From the NCBI GenBank assembly GCA_046289305.1, contig JBKBVT010000001.1, forward strand, positions 1-55,209: a stretch of 55,209 nucleotides of DNA, read 5' to 3'. A model generated the notes under the pieces. The model did no database searches, was not told the origin of the DNA, and saw only the letters and a list, made by a program, of their open reading frames with translations. The position numbers and the translations under genes were made by a program. Positions 1 to 8,956 of this stretch are shown here, piece by piece (within the stretch, counting starts at the first letter, position 1; the number at the start of each line of letters is the position of its first letter). The stretch comes from Hyphomonas sp. Lineage in GTDB: Bacteria > Pseudomonadota > Alphaproteobacteria > Caulobacterales > Hyphomonadaceae.

Positions 1-255
1 TCGTGTGTCCACAAAACCGGCAGCAGCTCAGGGAGCGATCGCCATTGCACGTCTGCTCGACGCGATCGCGGAGCTTCAGACTAGACGGGAACATGATGTA
101 CCGCTGCCATCTGAAAAGCAGGATTAGACGCGTGAACGCCAGAGCGCTTGCCACGAGGCTCCTTGGGGACAGCAACTCGGCGACTTGCGCAGCGATATGA
201 AGGACTTCGGCCCCTCTTGCTTCCACAGTGCTTCCACGGGTGTTGGAAACGCAAA

Positions 256-275
256 CGCCGCCCCGGAGGGCGGCG
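256..275 (-). terminator. Intrinsic terminator downstream of the displaced tRNA fragment
   Basis: CGCCGCCC-cgga-GGGCGGCG hairpin, followed by TTTGCGTTT on the minus strand. Confidence 0.6.
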
Positions 276-303
276 CTTAAGCGTTTGATAACGCGTAATG
301 TTT

Positions 304-351
304 TGGTTGCGAGGACAGGATTTGAACCTGTGACCTTCAGGTTATGAGCCT
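304..351 (-). repeat. att core (displaced 3' part of tRNA-fMet)
   Basis: TGGTTGCGAGGACAGGATTTGAACCTGTGACCTTCAGGTTATGAGCCT matches 54798-54845 at 47/48 positions (mismatch at 312 vs 54806). Confidence 0.95.
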
Positions 352-500
352 ATGAACCCAGAATTACACTAATCGTTATAAATCAGCATCTTAGCGCACA
401 AGCCTTTGAAATCACAAAGTCAGATGGGCGTCGTTTGGTGACGACGAACGGATTTCAAAGGATTGTCGTGGGTCCGAACGGGGCAGAACTGCATACTCAG

Positions 501-520
501 GTTGAGGTGGCGTTGAGGTG
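501..520 (+). repeat. Putative integrase arm-type site (tandem GTTGAGGTG, 11-bp period)
   Basis: GTTGAGGTGGCGTTGAGGTG is identical to 54713-54732. One copy lies just inside each att end. Confidence 0.75.
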
Positions 521-591
521 AGTGGGTTTCGCGGCACAAGAGAACCATCAAGTTAACTCGTAATGGGTGCCACTTGCCAAAAGCAGTAAGC

Positions 592-1236
592 TTACTGCGC
601 ATTAGTCAGCGCATGCCGTATAGCTGCAGAAAATGGCAGGCTAAGTGCCTTCTGAGTTTCCTCCTCCAAGAACTCTCGCCATCCGCATTCGTTGTCCGGA
701 TCCCCAGCAGCGAATTCGGCAATCTCTTCTACTGTATGCCAATGGCCAAGCACCGCAGCACGTCGCATCTCGCGTAAGCGACCATTTTTCGAGTCAAGGT
801 TGAAAATACGGAGTGTCGCCTCAGCACGAAGCTGCGCGGCATCGTTCAGCCCTTTACGAGTTGCGATCGTACCATCTCTAACAAAGATGAAGAAATCATC
901 CGGATTCTCGACATCTGCCTTAATAAGGCACGCTGGGTCGTATACCCCACAGCTGTCTTTGTGCTTTCCACATGACTCCTGATTGTTGCAAGATCCAAAC
1001 AGATTGCCCCACTCAAACGTACCCGCCGTATACCTCGACCTTTGTCGAAAATGCTCAATATGCCTCTCGTTCGTGAAAGTCTCACACTCGCAGTAGGCAC
1101 ACCGATCACCCTGCATGATGACAAGAGCATTCCAAAGCTCAGCTCTATCGGCCTCCAACAAATCTCCCCATGAGTCTCTCCCATGAACAAATCTCGACAG
1201 ACAAAGTGGTGCAGGGCCACGCTGCAAATTTCGCAT
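592..1236 (-). CDS. ptuB: HNH endonuclease, PtuB-like (Septu / retron type I-A effector family)
   Basis: CAYCE...HIEHF...NLFGSCN...SCGKHK HNH/Zn motifs; 11 bp downstream of an ABC-type ATPase. Confidence 0.8.
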   Translation of the reverse strand: MRNLQRGPAPLCLSRFVHGRDSWGDLLEADRAELWNALVIMQGDRCAYCECETFTNERHIEHFRQRSRYTAGTFEWGNLFGSCNNQESCGKHKDSCGVYDPACLIKADVENPDDFFIFVRDGTIATRKGLNDAAQLRAEATLRIFNLDSKNGRLREMRRAAVLGHWHTVEEIAEFAAGDPDNECGWREFLEEETQKALSLPFSAAIRHALTNAQ

Positions 1237-1247
1237 CGCGCCAGCCT

Positions 1248-2597
1248 TTATTCTGAAGGGTCAATTTGCTTAGATGGCAAACGGCGCTTAAAGTCCTGCA
1301 CACGAGCCAGCCGGTCGCACTCAAGAATAAGAGGGTGCTGAGAACCAAAATGCTTCTCCAGAGCGGCGCGATCAGCCTTTCCGATATCACCCTCATGCAG
1401 TCCTTGCTGAATAAGCGCCATGTAAGAACTTAAGAGGCGAGAAATCTCGATATCTGGAACCGGGTCAACATTGAATATCAAACTCAAGACGTTTGAACTC
1501 GCTGTGCCTTCAACCTCTTGCTGTGGTGTTACCGCGAGAAATCTTCGGTGAAGAGTATCCCGATCCACTTCCGAAACAATTACTCGAATTGATTCTGCAG
1601 GAACCGTTGAGACAACTTGTGGACTGTGTGTTGTGACAATGAATTGAATGCTCGGAAAAGCATCTCGCAAAGCCGTAAGAATTTTCTGTTGCCAAGCTGG
1701 ATGCAGATGCAAGTCAACTTCATCAATCAAGACAATGCCTGGCGTCTTCTTTGGTGCTGCCTCATGAAGGTAGCCATTCAATCGAACACAGCGAAGCGCC
1801 AAATCCGCCACCAAAGAAATCACAGCCCGCACCCCATCGCTCAGCATGCTTACGGGCAACGCGCCGTGATCTGGATGTGACATCGCTAGTTCTTCAAAGA
1901 CCAAGCTATAGTGAAAATTGTTCCAACCCTCCTCCGACAGTACGAAGTTGACAGCCTCGCTTATCCCCTTGAGTCGGAGATCTAGAAGTCCAGCTTCGTA
2001 GCCTGACTGTGACCGCTGCTGGATCGCGGCATATGTGGCCTTGCGAAGCCACAGCTGGATCTGCGAGTAGTTGGAAGATGATGAAAGGCAATCCTCGTAA
2101 CCTGCCATTCTGCTTTCAGATAAGACAGCTTTGGCAGAAGTAATCTTATGAGTAACCCACAGGCGCCGCGAACTATAGTAGCAAACCACAGGAAGCAGTA
2201 CCGTTTCGCCAACGCGAACCGACGAAACCAGATCTCCCCCAAAATTTGCCAAAGGCACGGCTTCTTTTGTGGTAGTGCGCCCTTTTGGGCCATTTAGAGC
2301 CCGTTGCCAAATCAGATTTGGGTCGGACATTTCCGCGTCAATCAACACTGGAAATATTTGCTCATTCTCAAATCCAGCACCTACCCGCTTATATCTGGCA
2401 TCGCTTCGGTCAATGTGTTTTGATTTTCCATCATCAAAAGCTCCGACGAATGGGCCAAGAGCAGCAGCGATTGCCTCCAAGATGGTCGTCTTGCCCTGGC
2501 CATTTCGAGCGGCGATTACGGTCAAGCTTGATTGAAAATCAATTTCGAAGGAGTCGAAGCGCCTGTAGTTTGTAAGGTGCAGTCTTTGCAGCTTCAT
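1248..2597 (-). CDS. ptuA: ABC/AAA_21-type ATPase, PtuA-like
   Basis: Walker A ARNGQGKTT, signature LSDG, Walker B/D-loop LIDEVDLHLHP, H-loop TTHSP; GGAGG RBS. Confidence 0.8.
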   Translation of the reverse strand: MKLQRLHLTNYRRFDSFEIDFQSSLTVIAARNGQGKTTILEAIAAALGPFVGAFDDGKSKHIDRSDARYKRVGAGFENEQIFPVLIDAEMSDPNLIWQRALNGPKGRTTTKEAVPLANFGGDLVSSVRVGETVLLPVVCYYSSRRLWVTHKITSAKAVLSESRMAGYEDCLSSSSNYSQIQLWLRKATYAAIQQRSQSGYEAGLLDLRLKGISEAVNFVLSEEGWNNFHYSLVFEELAMSHPDHGALPVSMLSDGVRAVISLVADLALRCVRLNGYLHEAAPKKTPGIVLIDEVDLHLHPAWQQKILTALRDAFPSIQFIVTTHSPQVVSTVPAESIRVIVSEVDRDTLHRRFLAVTPQQEVEGTASSNVLSLIFNVDPVPDIEISRLLSSYMALIQQGLHEGDIGKADRAALEKHFGSQHPLILECDRLARVQDFKRRLPSKQIDPSE

Positions 2598-2730
2598 GTA
2601 CTCACCTCCCCTTTGCCGGTAGCATTGCCATAGAAATCAACATTCTACAACTCACTGTCATCCGCGTTGGCATCGCCATGTATTGGTCGTATCGCGCAAC
2701 TGTCGAGAGAGGCTACGATAGCAAGCGCCC

Positions 2731-2795
2731 ACCGGAACGCCCCTCCCCTCCCCAATTCCGGTCTCCGCCTGCATTCCGGTCCCTTCGGCATGCTT
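2731..2795 (+). promoter_or_regulatory. Conserved upstream box of integrase (copy 1)
   Basis: ACCGGAA-N13-CCCAATTCCGGTCTC.GCCT...TTCCG.TCC...TGCTT aligns without gaps to 6191-6255. Confidence 0.6.
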
Positions 2796-2852
2796 TGCTT
2801 GATAGAGGCGCGAATCCACGCCTCATGTCGGACGAGCGAAGGAGTGCGATCC

Positions 2853-4109
2853 ATGGTCAACAGGCTGAAACTGAATGAGAAAACCGTCCGGGAGGCCGAG
2901 AACCTGGGGCGGGACTACCAGATCTTCGACACGGACGTGCGCGGATTTTCGATCACCATCTACCCCTCCGGCAACCGAGCCTTCACCCTCGACTACCGGA
3001 TCGCAGGGCGGCAGCGCCGGATGACCATCGGGCGCTGGCCTGAATGGAACACCGTGGCCGCGCGCGAACGGGCCAAGGAACTACGACGCGACATTGATGA
3101 AGGGATTGATCCCCTCAGCCTGCGGGAGACGTCGCGCGAGGCTCCGCGGGTCAACGACATGATCACGCGCTATCTGGCGGAGCACACGCCGCACCTCGCC
3201 GCCCGCAATGCTGCCGACCAGCACACCATCATGCACAAGCTGGTGGCGCCCGATTGGGGGAAGAAGCTGGTGACCGAGATCACCAAGGCCGATGTGGAAA
3301 AGCTGCTGACCAAGATCGCCGCCGGTCGTGCCCGGCCATCAAAGACCAAACCCAACAATCGGGCGCGCAAGCTGCAGGGGACGAAGCCCACGCCGGTACG
3401 CGCCAACCGGGTCGGCGAGGCGCTGCGCAAGATGTTCACGCTGGCCATCGGCTGGGGCATGCGCACCGACAATCCCGCCAGCGGATTCCGCCGCCGGATC
3501 GAAAACGAACGCGAACGCTTCCTGACGCCAGAGGAGATCGGTCGACTGGCCAAGGCGCTGGACGCGGCCAAGGATCAGCGCGCAGCCGGGATCATCCGGC
3601 TCTGCATGCTGACAGGCGCGCGGTCGGGCGAGGTGCGTCAGGCGCGGTTTGAACAGTTCAACCTCGATCTTGGTAGCTGGTCAAAACCTGCCGCGACCAC
3701 CAAACAGCGCAAGATCCATCGCATCCCGATCTCGGCTGATGTGGCCGCCATCGTGCGCCAGCGCGCCCTGCTGGTGCCGCGCGGCAATCAGTGGCTGTTC
3801 CCCGGCGACACGCCCGGCCAGCCGGTCAAGGAAATCCGCCGGTTCTGGATCGGGATCCAGACCGAGGCCAAGCTGCCCGACGTCCGGATCCACGACCTGC
3901 GCCACACCTTTGCATCGTTGCTGGTCAGCGGCGGGGCCTCACTGGAGATGATCGGCAAGCTTCTGGGCCACACGCAGATGCAGACGACCCAGCGTTATGC
4001 CCACCTGATGGACTCGCCGCTGCGCGACGGGGTCAACGCCGTCGCCAGCATCTTCCGGCCCCGCCCGCAGCTGGTGCACGACGCCGATCAGGAACAGAAG
4101 AGCGCCTGA
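2853..4109 (+). CDS. int: Tyrosine recombinase/integrase with N-terminal arm-binding domain
   Basis: Catalytic motifs TGARSGE, HDLRH, LLGH, TQRY; P4-int-like N-terminus (MTIGRWPEW); ATG at 2853 after a GGAG RBS. Confidence 0.95.
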   Translation: MVNRLKLNEKTVREAENLGRDYQIFDTDVRGFSITIYPSGNRAFTLDYRIAGRQRRMTIGRWPEWNTVAARERAKELRRDIDEGIDPLSLRETSREAPRVNDMITRYLAEHTPHLAARNAADQHTIMHKLVAPDWGKKLVTEITKADVEKLLTKIAAGRARPSKTKPNNRARKLQGTKPTPVRANRVGEALRKMFTLAIGWGMRTDNPASGFRRRIENERERFLTPEEIGRLAKALDAAKDQRAAGIIRLCMLTGARSGEVRQARFEQFNLDLGSWSKPAATTKQRKIHRIPISADVAAIVRQRALLVPRGNQWLFPGDTPGQPVKEIRRFWIGIQTEAKLPDVRIHDLRHTFASLLVSGGASLEMIGKLLGHTQMQTTQRYAHLMDSPLRDGVNAVASIFRPRPQLVHDADQEQKSA

Positions 4110-4127
4110 TGACAGGATTGGCGTCAA

Positions 4128-4724
4128 TCACTCCCGTTCGCGCAGCGCCCGCCAGATCGGCGCGACCTTCTTACGCGTCGTGCTTTCCTCCGGAATCTCG
4201 CCTGTGGGCGAGTTCTGGGCAAACCAGTCCTGCACCTCGGCGATCAGTTCAGCCTGAGTGGCAGGCACACCTTGATCGTTGATCCGGCGAAACAGCATGA
4301 TGTTCATGCCCTCCCAATCGTAGCGCGGCGCGGACCCTGTTGACCCGGCGGGGCGGCGCAGCAGGTCGCGCTCGTCTTCGAACTTCTGCACCTCCTCGGC
4401 CAGAAGCATTAGATCGGTGATCTTGATCACCACCCCGTCTGCCGGTTCGGTGATGTACTGCCAATCGGTGCTGCCCTGCGACCGGATGCGGAACACCCGG
4501 CATTCCTCTTCGCTCGGGCCATGACGGCGGAACATCCGCATCATGTCGGCGGCGCTGACCACCACAATGCCCGCCACCGGCTGCTTGCCGCAGATCACCG
4601 ATGCGATACTGGTGACCAGCGTCAGATGTTCGGCCGCGGCCCATCCCGCCAGGTCGGCAGCGGCACAACCCCAACGGGCGGATGTTTCGGTCAGGGAATA
4701 GAAGACTCTCGGCGGCAGGCTCAT
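4128..4724 (-). CDS. Hypothetical protein, probable DNA-binding regulator (HTH-like N- and C-termini)
   Basis: FYSLTETSARWG resembles AlpA/MerR-type HTH starts; helical C-terminus TQAELIAEVQDWF...STTRKKV; divergent from the WYL gene. Confidence 0.6.
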   Translation of the reverse strand: MSLPPRVFYSLTETSARWGCAAADLAGWAAAEHLTLVTSIASVICGKQPVAGIVVVSAADMMRMFRRHGPSEEECRVFRIRSQGSTDWQYITEPADGVVIKITDLMLLAEEVQKFEDERDLLRRPAGSTGSAPRYDWEGMNIMLFRRINDQGVPATQAELIAEVQDWFAQNSPTGEIPEESTTRKKVAPIWRALRERE

Positions 4725-4969
4725 GGTTCGTGCATCCTTACTTCATGTAGCGACACCCGGGTCAGCATCGGGCATGGCAGGGATCGCGTTCCCGACCAGC
4801 GGTTTGCCAGCAGGCCCGCTGTCCAGGAACACGTCTCAAGGTGTCTTCAAACAGACATGTCTGGAGATCCGGGTGAAAACACCTCAGTGATCGGAAACAC
4901 GCACAGGTAGAATCGGCTTGAGCTGACCACAGCAAGTCAATCGCCTTTTAGGCGAATTGTCTTTAGGCT

Positions 4970-4990
4970 CCCTGTCAGGTTCGGTCAGGG
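4970..4990. promoter_or_regulatory. Putative WYL operator, near-palindrome CCCTGTC-N7-GTCAGGG
   Basis: 6/7 inverted repeat with a 7-nt spacer, 7 bp before the WYL start codon. Confidence 0.5.
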
Positions 4991-4997
4991 ATAAACA

Positions 4998-5999
4998 ATG
5001 GATAACAAACGTCTGGGCAAGGCCCTCGACATCATGCGACTGGCGGAAGAGGCAGCGGCCCGGCCTGACGGGATCAGCCTAGTGCAGATCGTGGATACCT
5101 TTGGCGTGACCCTGCGCACCGCCCAGCGAATGTCCCGCGCGCTGGAGGAAGCGTTCCCGATGGTGCAGACACGCACCGACAAGGAACGGCGCAAGTGGTG
5201 GCAGCTGCCCGACAGCCGTCTGCTGCACATGCAAGGCATTCGCGACAGCGAATTGTCAGCGCTGGAAATGGGGATCCGTCGTGCGGAACGTGATGGGGCC
5301 GCCACCGAGGTTGCTGCGCTGACCACACTTCGAAATCGCCTCCTCGGGACGATGCCTCCGACCTTTGCCCGCCGCGCCGAGGTGGATGCCGAGGCATTGC
5401 TGGAAGCCCGCGGTCACGCTTGCCGTCCGGGGCCCCGCGCGCTGTATTCAGCGCTTGTCCTTGGCGCGATCGACAACGCACTGAAGGGCCCGTTCACGAT
5501 GCAGATCGACTATGCCGGTGCGCAGGACGCCATGCCCCGGTCACGTGCGGTCGAACCCTACGGCGTTCTGTTCGGGATGCGCGGCTATCTGATCGCCCGT
5601 GAGATCGACAACGGCGGCAAGTATCGGCATTTCCGGTTGGACAGGATCAGCCGCGCCAGCCTGCTGCAGGATTCCTTCGTGCGGGATCCTGACTTCGATC
5701 TTGGCAAGCACGCCGCCCAAGCCTTCGGGTCGTTCCATTCGGAGGCGGAGTACGGGCCGGTGGAGTGGCGGTTTGCACCATCAGCCGCCGATGTCGCGCG
5801 GACCTTCATCTTCCATCCCGACCAGCAGGTTCAGGACGAGGCCGACGGCAGTCTGATCGTCCGATTCACCGCTGGTGGTTGGCTGGAGATGGCGTGGCAC
5901 CTCTATCAATGGGGTGATGGGGTCGAGGTTATCACCCCGCCGCAACTGCGCATCCTCGTCGAGGCCCACCGGCGCAGTGATTTCCCTTCCCTGCCCTGA
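4998..5999 (+). CDS. wHTH-WYL-WCX transcriptional regulator (YafY/DriD/PafBC family)
   Basis: HTH FGVTLRTAQRM; WYL core VEPYGVLFGMRGYLIA...HFRLDRI; WCX end QWGDGVEVITPPQLR. Confidence 0.9.
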   Translation: MDNKRLGKALDIMRLAEEAAARPDGISLVQIVDTFGVTLRTAQRMSRALEEAFPMVQTRTDKERRKWWQLPDSRLLHMQGIRDSELSALEMGIRRAERDGAATEVAALTTLRNRLLGTMPPTFARRAEVDAEALLEARGHACRPGPRALYSALVLGAIDNALKGPFTMQIDYAGAQDAMPRSRAVEPYGVLFGMRGYLIAREIDNGGKYRHFRLDRISRASLLQDSFVRDPDFDLGKHAAQAFGSFHSEAEYGPVEWRFAPSAADVARTFIFHPDQQVQDEADGSLIVRFTAGGWLEMAWHLYQWGDGVEVITPPQLRILVEAHRRSDFPSLP

Positions 6000-6190
6000 C
6001 ACCGGCATGCACGTCCTGTCCCGCGCCGCCCGGTCTGCGTCGCGCGCTGCTGCTGAAATCCGGCTGGCATAGTTGCCATCCACGATCATCAGGCGCGATC
6101 TGGCACAGATGACCGGAAACGGCGGAACTGCACTGGGCGGCCTTTCCGATTCGCGTTCCGGTCCCGCGCCAAAACTCCAATGAAACAAGG

Positions 6191-6255
6191 ACCGGAATTG
6201 TTCGCCTCGTCCCAATTCCGGTCTCTGCCTAGGTTCCGATCCTTCCCGTCTGCTT
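6191..6255 (+). promoter_or_regulatory. Conserved upstream box of the Xis/replication operon (copy 2)
   Basis: Ungapped match to 2731-2795; further ACCGGAA/TTCCG half-sites at ~6112-6162. Confidence 0.6.
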
Positions 6256-6303
6256 CGCTCGCACCGTCTCCGGCACCTGCCGGGATCTGGATGGGAGACC
6301 GTA

Positions 6304-6552
6304 ATGCAGACCACAGCCCCTGCCCCGCAGGACCAACCCCTCAACCTGCTGGCTGACTGGATCAGCCGCGAGCAGCTGGCCGGTGAACTCGGTCTTGCCT
6401 GCGACACCCTCGCCCGCTGGGAGGCCCGTCAGCTTGGCCCGCCCTGCACGCGGATCGGCCGCAAGGTGCTTTACCGGCGCACCTCGGTCCAAGACTGGAT
6501 CAGCGCGCAGGAACAGACCCGCCCGGCGCTGACACGGCGGGGGCGGAAATGA
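6304..6552 (+). CDS. AlpA/excisionase-like HTH protein
   Basis: WISREQLAGELGLACDTLARW...GPPCTRIGRKVLYRR..VQDW is a typical Xis/AlpA pattern. Confidence 0.8.
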   Translation: MQTTAPAPQDQPLNLLADWISREQLAGELGLACDTLARWEARQLGPPCTRIGRKVLYRRTSVQDWISAQEQTRPALTRRGRK

Positions 6553-6815
6553 ACCAGCTCCTGTCCCACCCGCCCGTTATCCCGACATCCACCACCGGCG
6601 ACTGGATGCACGACCGTCTGACCGAGGCGCGCGGGGTCCTGGCCGACACCACCCAGCATCCGGAATCCTTGGTGATCCTCGCCGCACGTGTCGTCGTCGG
6701 CCAGACCGACGATGCCCGCGAATGTGGTGATGCCATCGAACTGTTGCGCCTGCTGGACCGGCGCCCATTGCATGCCATCGTCGCAGCCGCCTTCCCGAAG
6801 GAAGGTGCGGCATGA
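6549..6815 (+). CDS. Hypothetical phage protein
   Basis: ATGA overlaps with both neighbouring genes. Confidence 0.7.
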   Translation: MNQLLSHPPVIPTSTTGDWMHDRLTEARGVLADTTQHPESLVILAARVVVGQTDDARECGDAIELLRLLDRRPLHAIVAAAFPKEGAA

Positions 6816-7207
6816 ACCGGCGCAGCACCCCGGAGGCCGACGCCCAGCGCGCCGTTGTTCAGGCGTTGCGCTTCGCCCTGCCCCGCGATGCCATCGTTCA
6901 TCACTGCGTCAATGAGGTAACCGAGTCCGGGCCCCGCGGGGCCAAGCGCCAGTCGATCCTGGTCGGCATGGGCGTCCATGCCGGATTTGCCGACCTGATC
7001 GTGATCTCCGGCGGCCGCGTACTGTTTCTGGAGGTCAAAAGCGAAACCGGCCGATTGCGCAAATCGCAGGAGGTGTTCCGCGACACCGTCTGCGCGCAAG
7101 GCTTTGGCTGGGCGCTGGTCCGGTCGGTTGACGACGCGCTGGGCGCGCTGGCGGATAACGGCTTCACCAGCCGCGCGCAGCTGGCAGTGCGGAGGGCCGC
7201 GCCATGA
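6812..7207 (+). CDS. VRR-NUC domain nuclease (Holliday junction resolvase-like)
   Basis: GVHAGFADL...FLEVKSETGRLRKSQ...VRSVDDA. Confidence 0.85.
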   Translation: MNRRSTPEADAQRAVVQALRFALPRDAIVHHCVNEVTESGPRGAKRQSILVGMGVHAGFADLIVISGGRVLFLEVKSETGRLRKSQEVFRDTVCAQGFGWALVRSVDDALGALADNGFTSRAQLAVRRAAP

Positions 7208-8229
7208 GTCATGACGCCACCAACTGGGCGATCCAGCGGCGCGGGTTGAAGCCGACGACCAAGATCGTGCTCTGGCACCTCTGTGATCGCTTCAACCCCG
7301 ACTTCGGTTGCTTTCCGTCGCAAGATCGGTTGGCGCATGATTGCGAAATCAGCCGGTCCACTCTGAACGAACATCTCGACCGGCTTGAGGCGGAACAGCT
7401 GCTGCGGCGCGTGCCGCGCATCGATCCCGTCACGAAGCGCCAGCTGCCCACCCGCTACATCTTGGGGTTCGAGGAGGGCTTTGCACCACATGACCCCGAG
7501 CCATGTCCGGAAACCGGACACGGGTTTTTGCCCTTTGGCCATGATGCTGAAACTGCACCCGAAAACGCCACCATCCCTGTTGATCTGTCGGAGCCGCGTC
7601 CGGAAATCGCACACGGCAATCCGGAGGAACCTGTGTCCGGATTTTGCCCTGACCCGTGTCCGGAACATGCCCAAAGCCGTGTCCGGAATTCGGACACTAA
7701 CCTTGTAAGAGAACCACTAAGTAAACCAGTAAAGGAGGAGGAGGACGCGCAAGCGCGCGAGGCCGATTTTGATCGGTTCTTCGCAGAACTGCTTGCGGCG
7801 CTAGGCTTCGCCGCCAACGCCACCCTGCCCGCCTGGTGGCAGGGCTGGCCAGCACGCACCCATGTTCGCAGCTGGATCGACGATATCGGTCTGTCGCGGA
7901 AAAGAATCATCGAGGTCGCTCTTGAGACACGGACCGATCATCCGAACCCACCCGATGGGCCCAAAGCGCTCGACCGGTTCATGGAACGTGCGGCCCAGCG
8001 CGATGCGCAGACGGCGATCGCAACCGCCAAAGGCCAGAAGGCCAAACGGCGGCGCAAGCGCGAAGACTCTCCCCGGCTCAGCGACGACGAAAAGGCCGCA
8101 TTCTACGCCAATATGGTCAACGCCGACGGTTACCTGCCGGTCAGCGCGATCAACAACAGCATTCGGGATCTGATGCTGGTGCGCGGCCTCGTCACGCCCG
8201 AACGCCTCCGGCTGCGGGGAGTGCGATGA
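7204..8229 (+). CDS. Phage replication initiator (N-terminal HTH_36-like)
   Basis: KIVLWHLCD...CFPSQDRLAHDCEISRSTL HTH; the central linker carries iteron-like DNA repeats. Confidence 0.8.
   Translation: MSHDATNWAIQRRGLKPTTKIVLWHLCDRFNPDFGCFPSQDRLAHDCEISRSTLNEHLDRLEAEQLLRRVPRIDPVTKRQLPTRYILGFEEGFAPHDPEPCPETGHGFLPFGHDAETAPENATIPVDLSEPRPEIAHGNPEEPVSGFCPDPCPEHAQSRVRNSDTNLVREPLSKPVKEEEDAQAREADFDRFFAELLAALGFAANATLPAWWQGWPARTHVRSWIDDIGLSRKRIIEVALETRTDHPNPPDGPKALDRFMERAAQRDAQTAIATAKGQKAKRRRKREDSPRLSDDEKAAFYANMVNADGYLPVSAINNSIRDLMLVRGLVTPERLRLRGVR
7504..7734. repeat. Putative replication origin: GTGTCCGGA iterons plus AT-rich tract
   Basis: GTGTCCGGA at 7633, 7656 and 7679 (23-bp period); GTCCGGAA at 7598; palindromes at 7504-7520 and 7679-7697; A-rich 7698-7734. 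Confidence 0.75.
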
Positions 8230-8888
8230 CCCTGCAGCGACAAGTCGGCCGTACGGGCGGCACGAGATTGAAACGCGCGCTGGGCGTCCAAGCTGCGCTT
8301 GAGTGGGCATTCCGCGTGGAACAGGCGCAGCTGGAACTGCGCCCACCCACGGACGTGACCGAGGAAGGTTTCGGCTTCGGCCTCGAATACGTACTGCTGC
8401 AGCGCGCCATGCTTGGCTGCAAAGTGGATGGCGGGCAGCACAAAATGGGCAGTTACACCCACCCCGACGCCGAAGTGATTGCCGCCACCGTCGCTGGCAT
8501 GCCCGACAGCCTCGGCGGCATCCGCATGGCGATACAGGTGGCCGAACTGGCGCGTGCTGGCATGACCCCGGACTGGATGCCGGGCGTCGTCCCGCGCTGT
8601 GTCCCGTTGGAAACCAAGAACAATCAGCATGGTGAGCGGGCGACAACCATCGTCGTCGGAACCGAACGGGTCAAGACGCGCGGCAAGTGGCGAACGGTCG
8701 ATGTCCTAGCCTGCCCGGTCACCTGGCGGCCGCATTCGGAGCAGATCGCGTCCGCCCGGCGCGGCTATGGGGATTGGTGGCAGGCGCTGGATTGGGTCAG
8801 GGATGGGCTGCTGGCGGGTGGTATGTTGCGGGAGGTCGAGGTGACTGGAGCGATGCCGAAGGTGCGGCCGTGGAAGAAAATTCCTTGA
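8226..8888 (+). CDS. Hypothetical phage protein (last early gene; positional candidate late activator/antiterminator)
   Basis: ATGA-coupled to the initiator; function inferred from position only. Confidence 0.65.
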   Translation: MTLQRQVGRTGGTRLKRALGVQAALEWAFRVEQAQLELRPPTDVTEEGFGFGLEYVLLQRAMLGCKVDGGQHKMGSYTHPDAEVIAATVAGMPDSLGGIRMAIQVAELARAGMTPDWMPGVVPRCVPLETKNNQHGERATTIVVGTERVKTRGKWRTVDVLACPVTWRPHSEQIASARRGYGDWWQALDWVRDGLLAGGMLREVEVTGAMPKVRPWKKIP

Positions 8889-8956
8889 CGATAATGGCTT
8901 CACCTTCATTGCACTGGGCCATTCAACCCGTCTATGTCGCCCACATACCCAATCTG

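Noticed and set aside
3-200. 65-aa ORF at the window edge
   Set aside because: No motif or RBS, and the context is truncated.
592-2852. Complete retron (type I-A)
   Set aside because: No reverse transcriptase ORF in the window, and no msr/msd-like inverted repeats that I could identify.
2667-2852. N-terminal extension of the integrase
   Set aside because: It covers the conserved regulatory box. The RBS supports the ATG at 2853.
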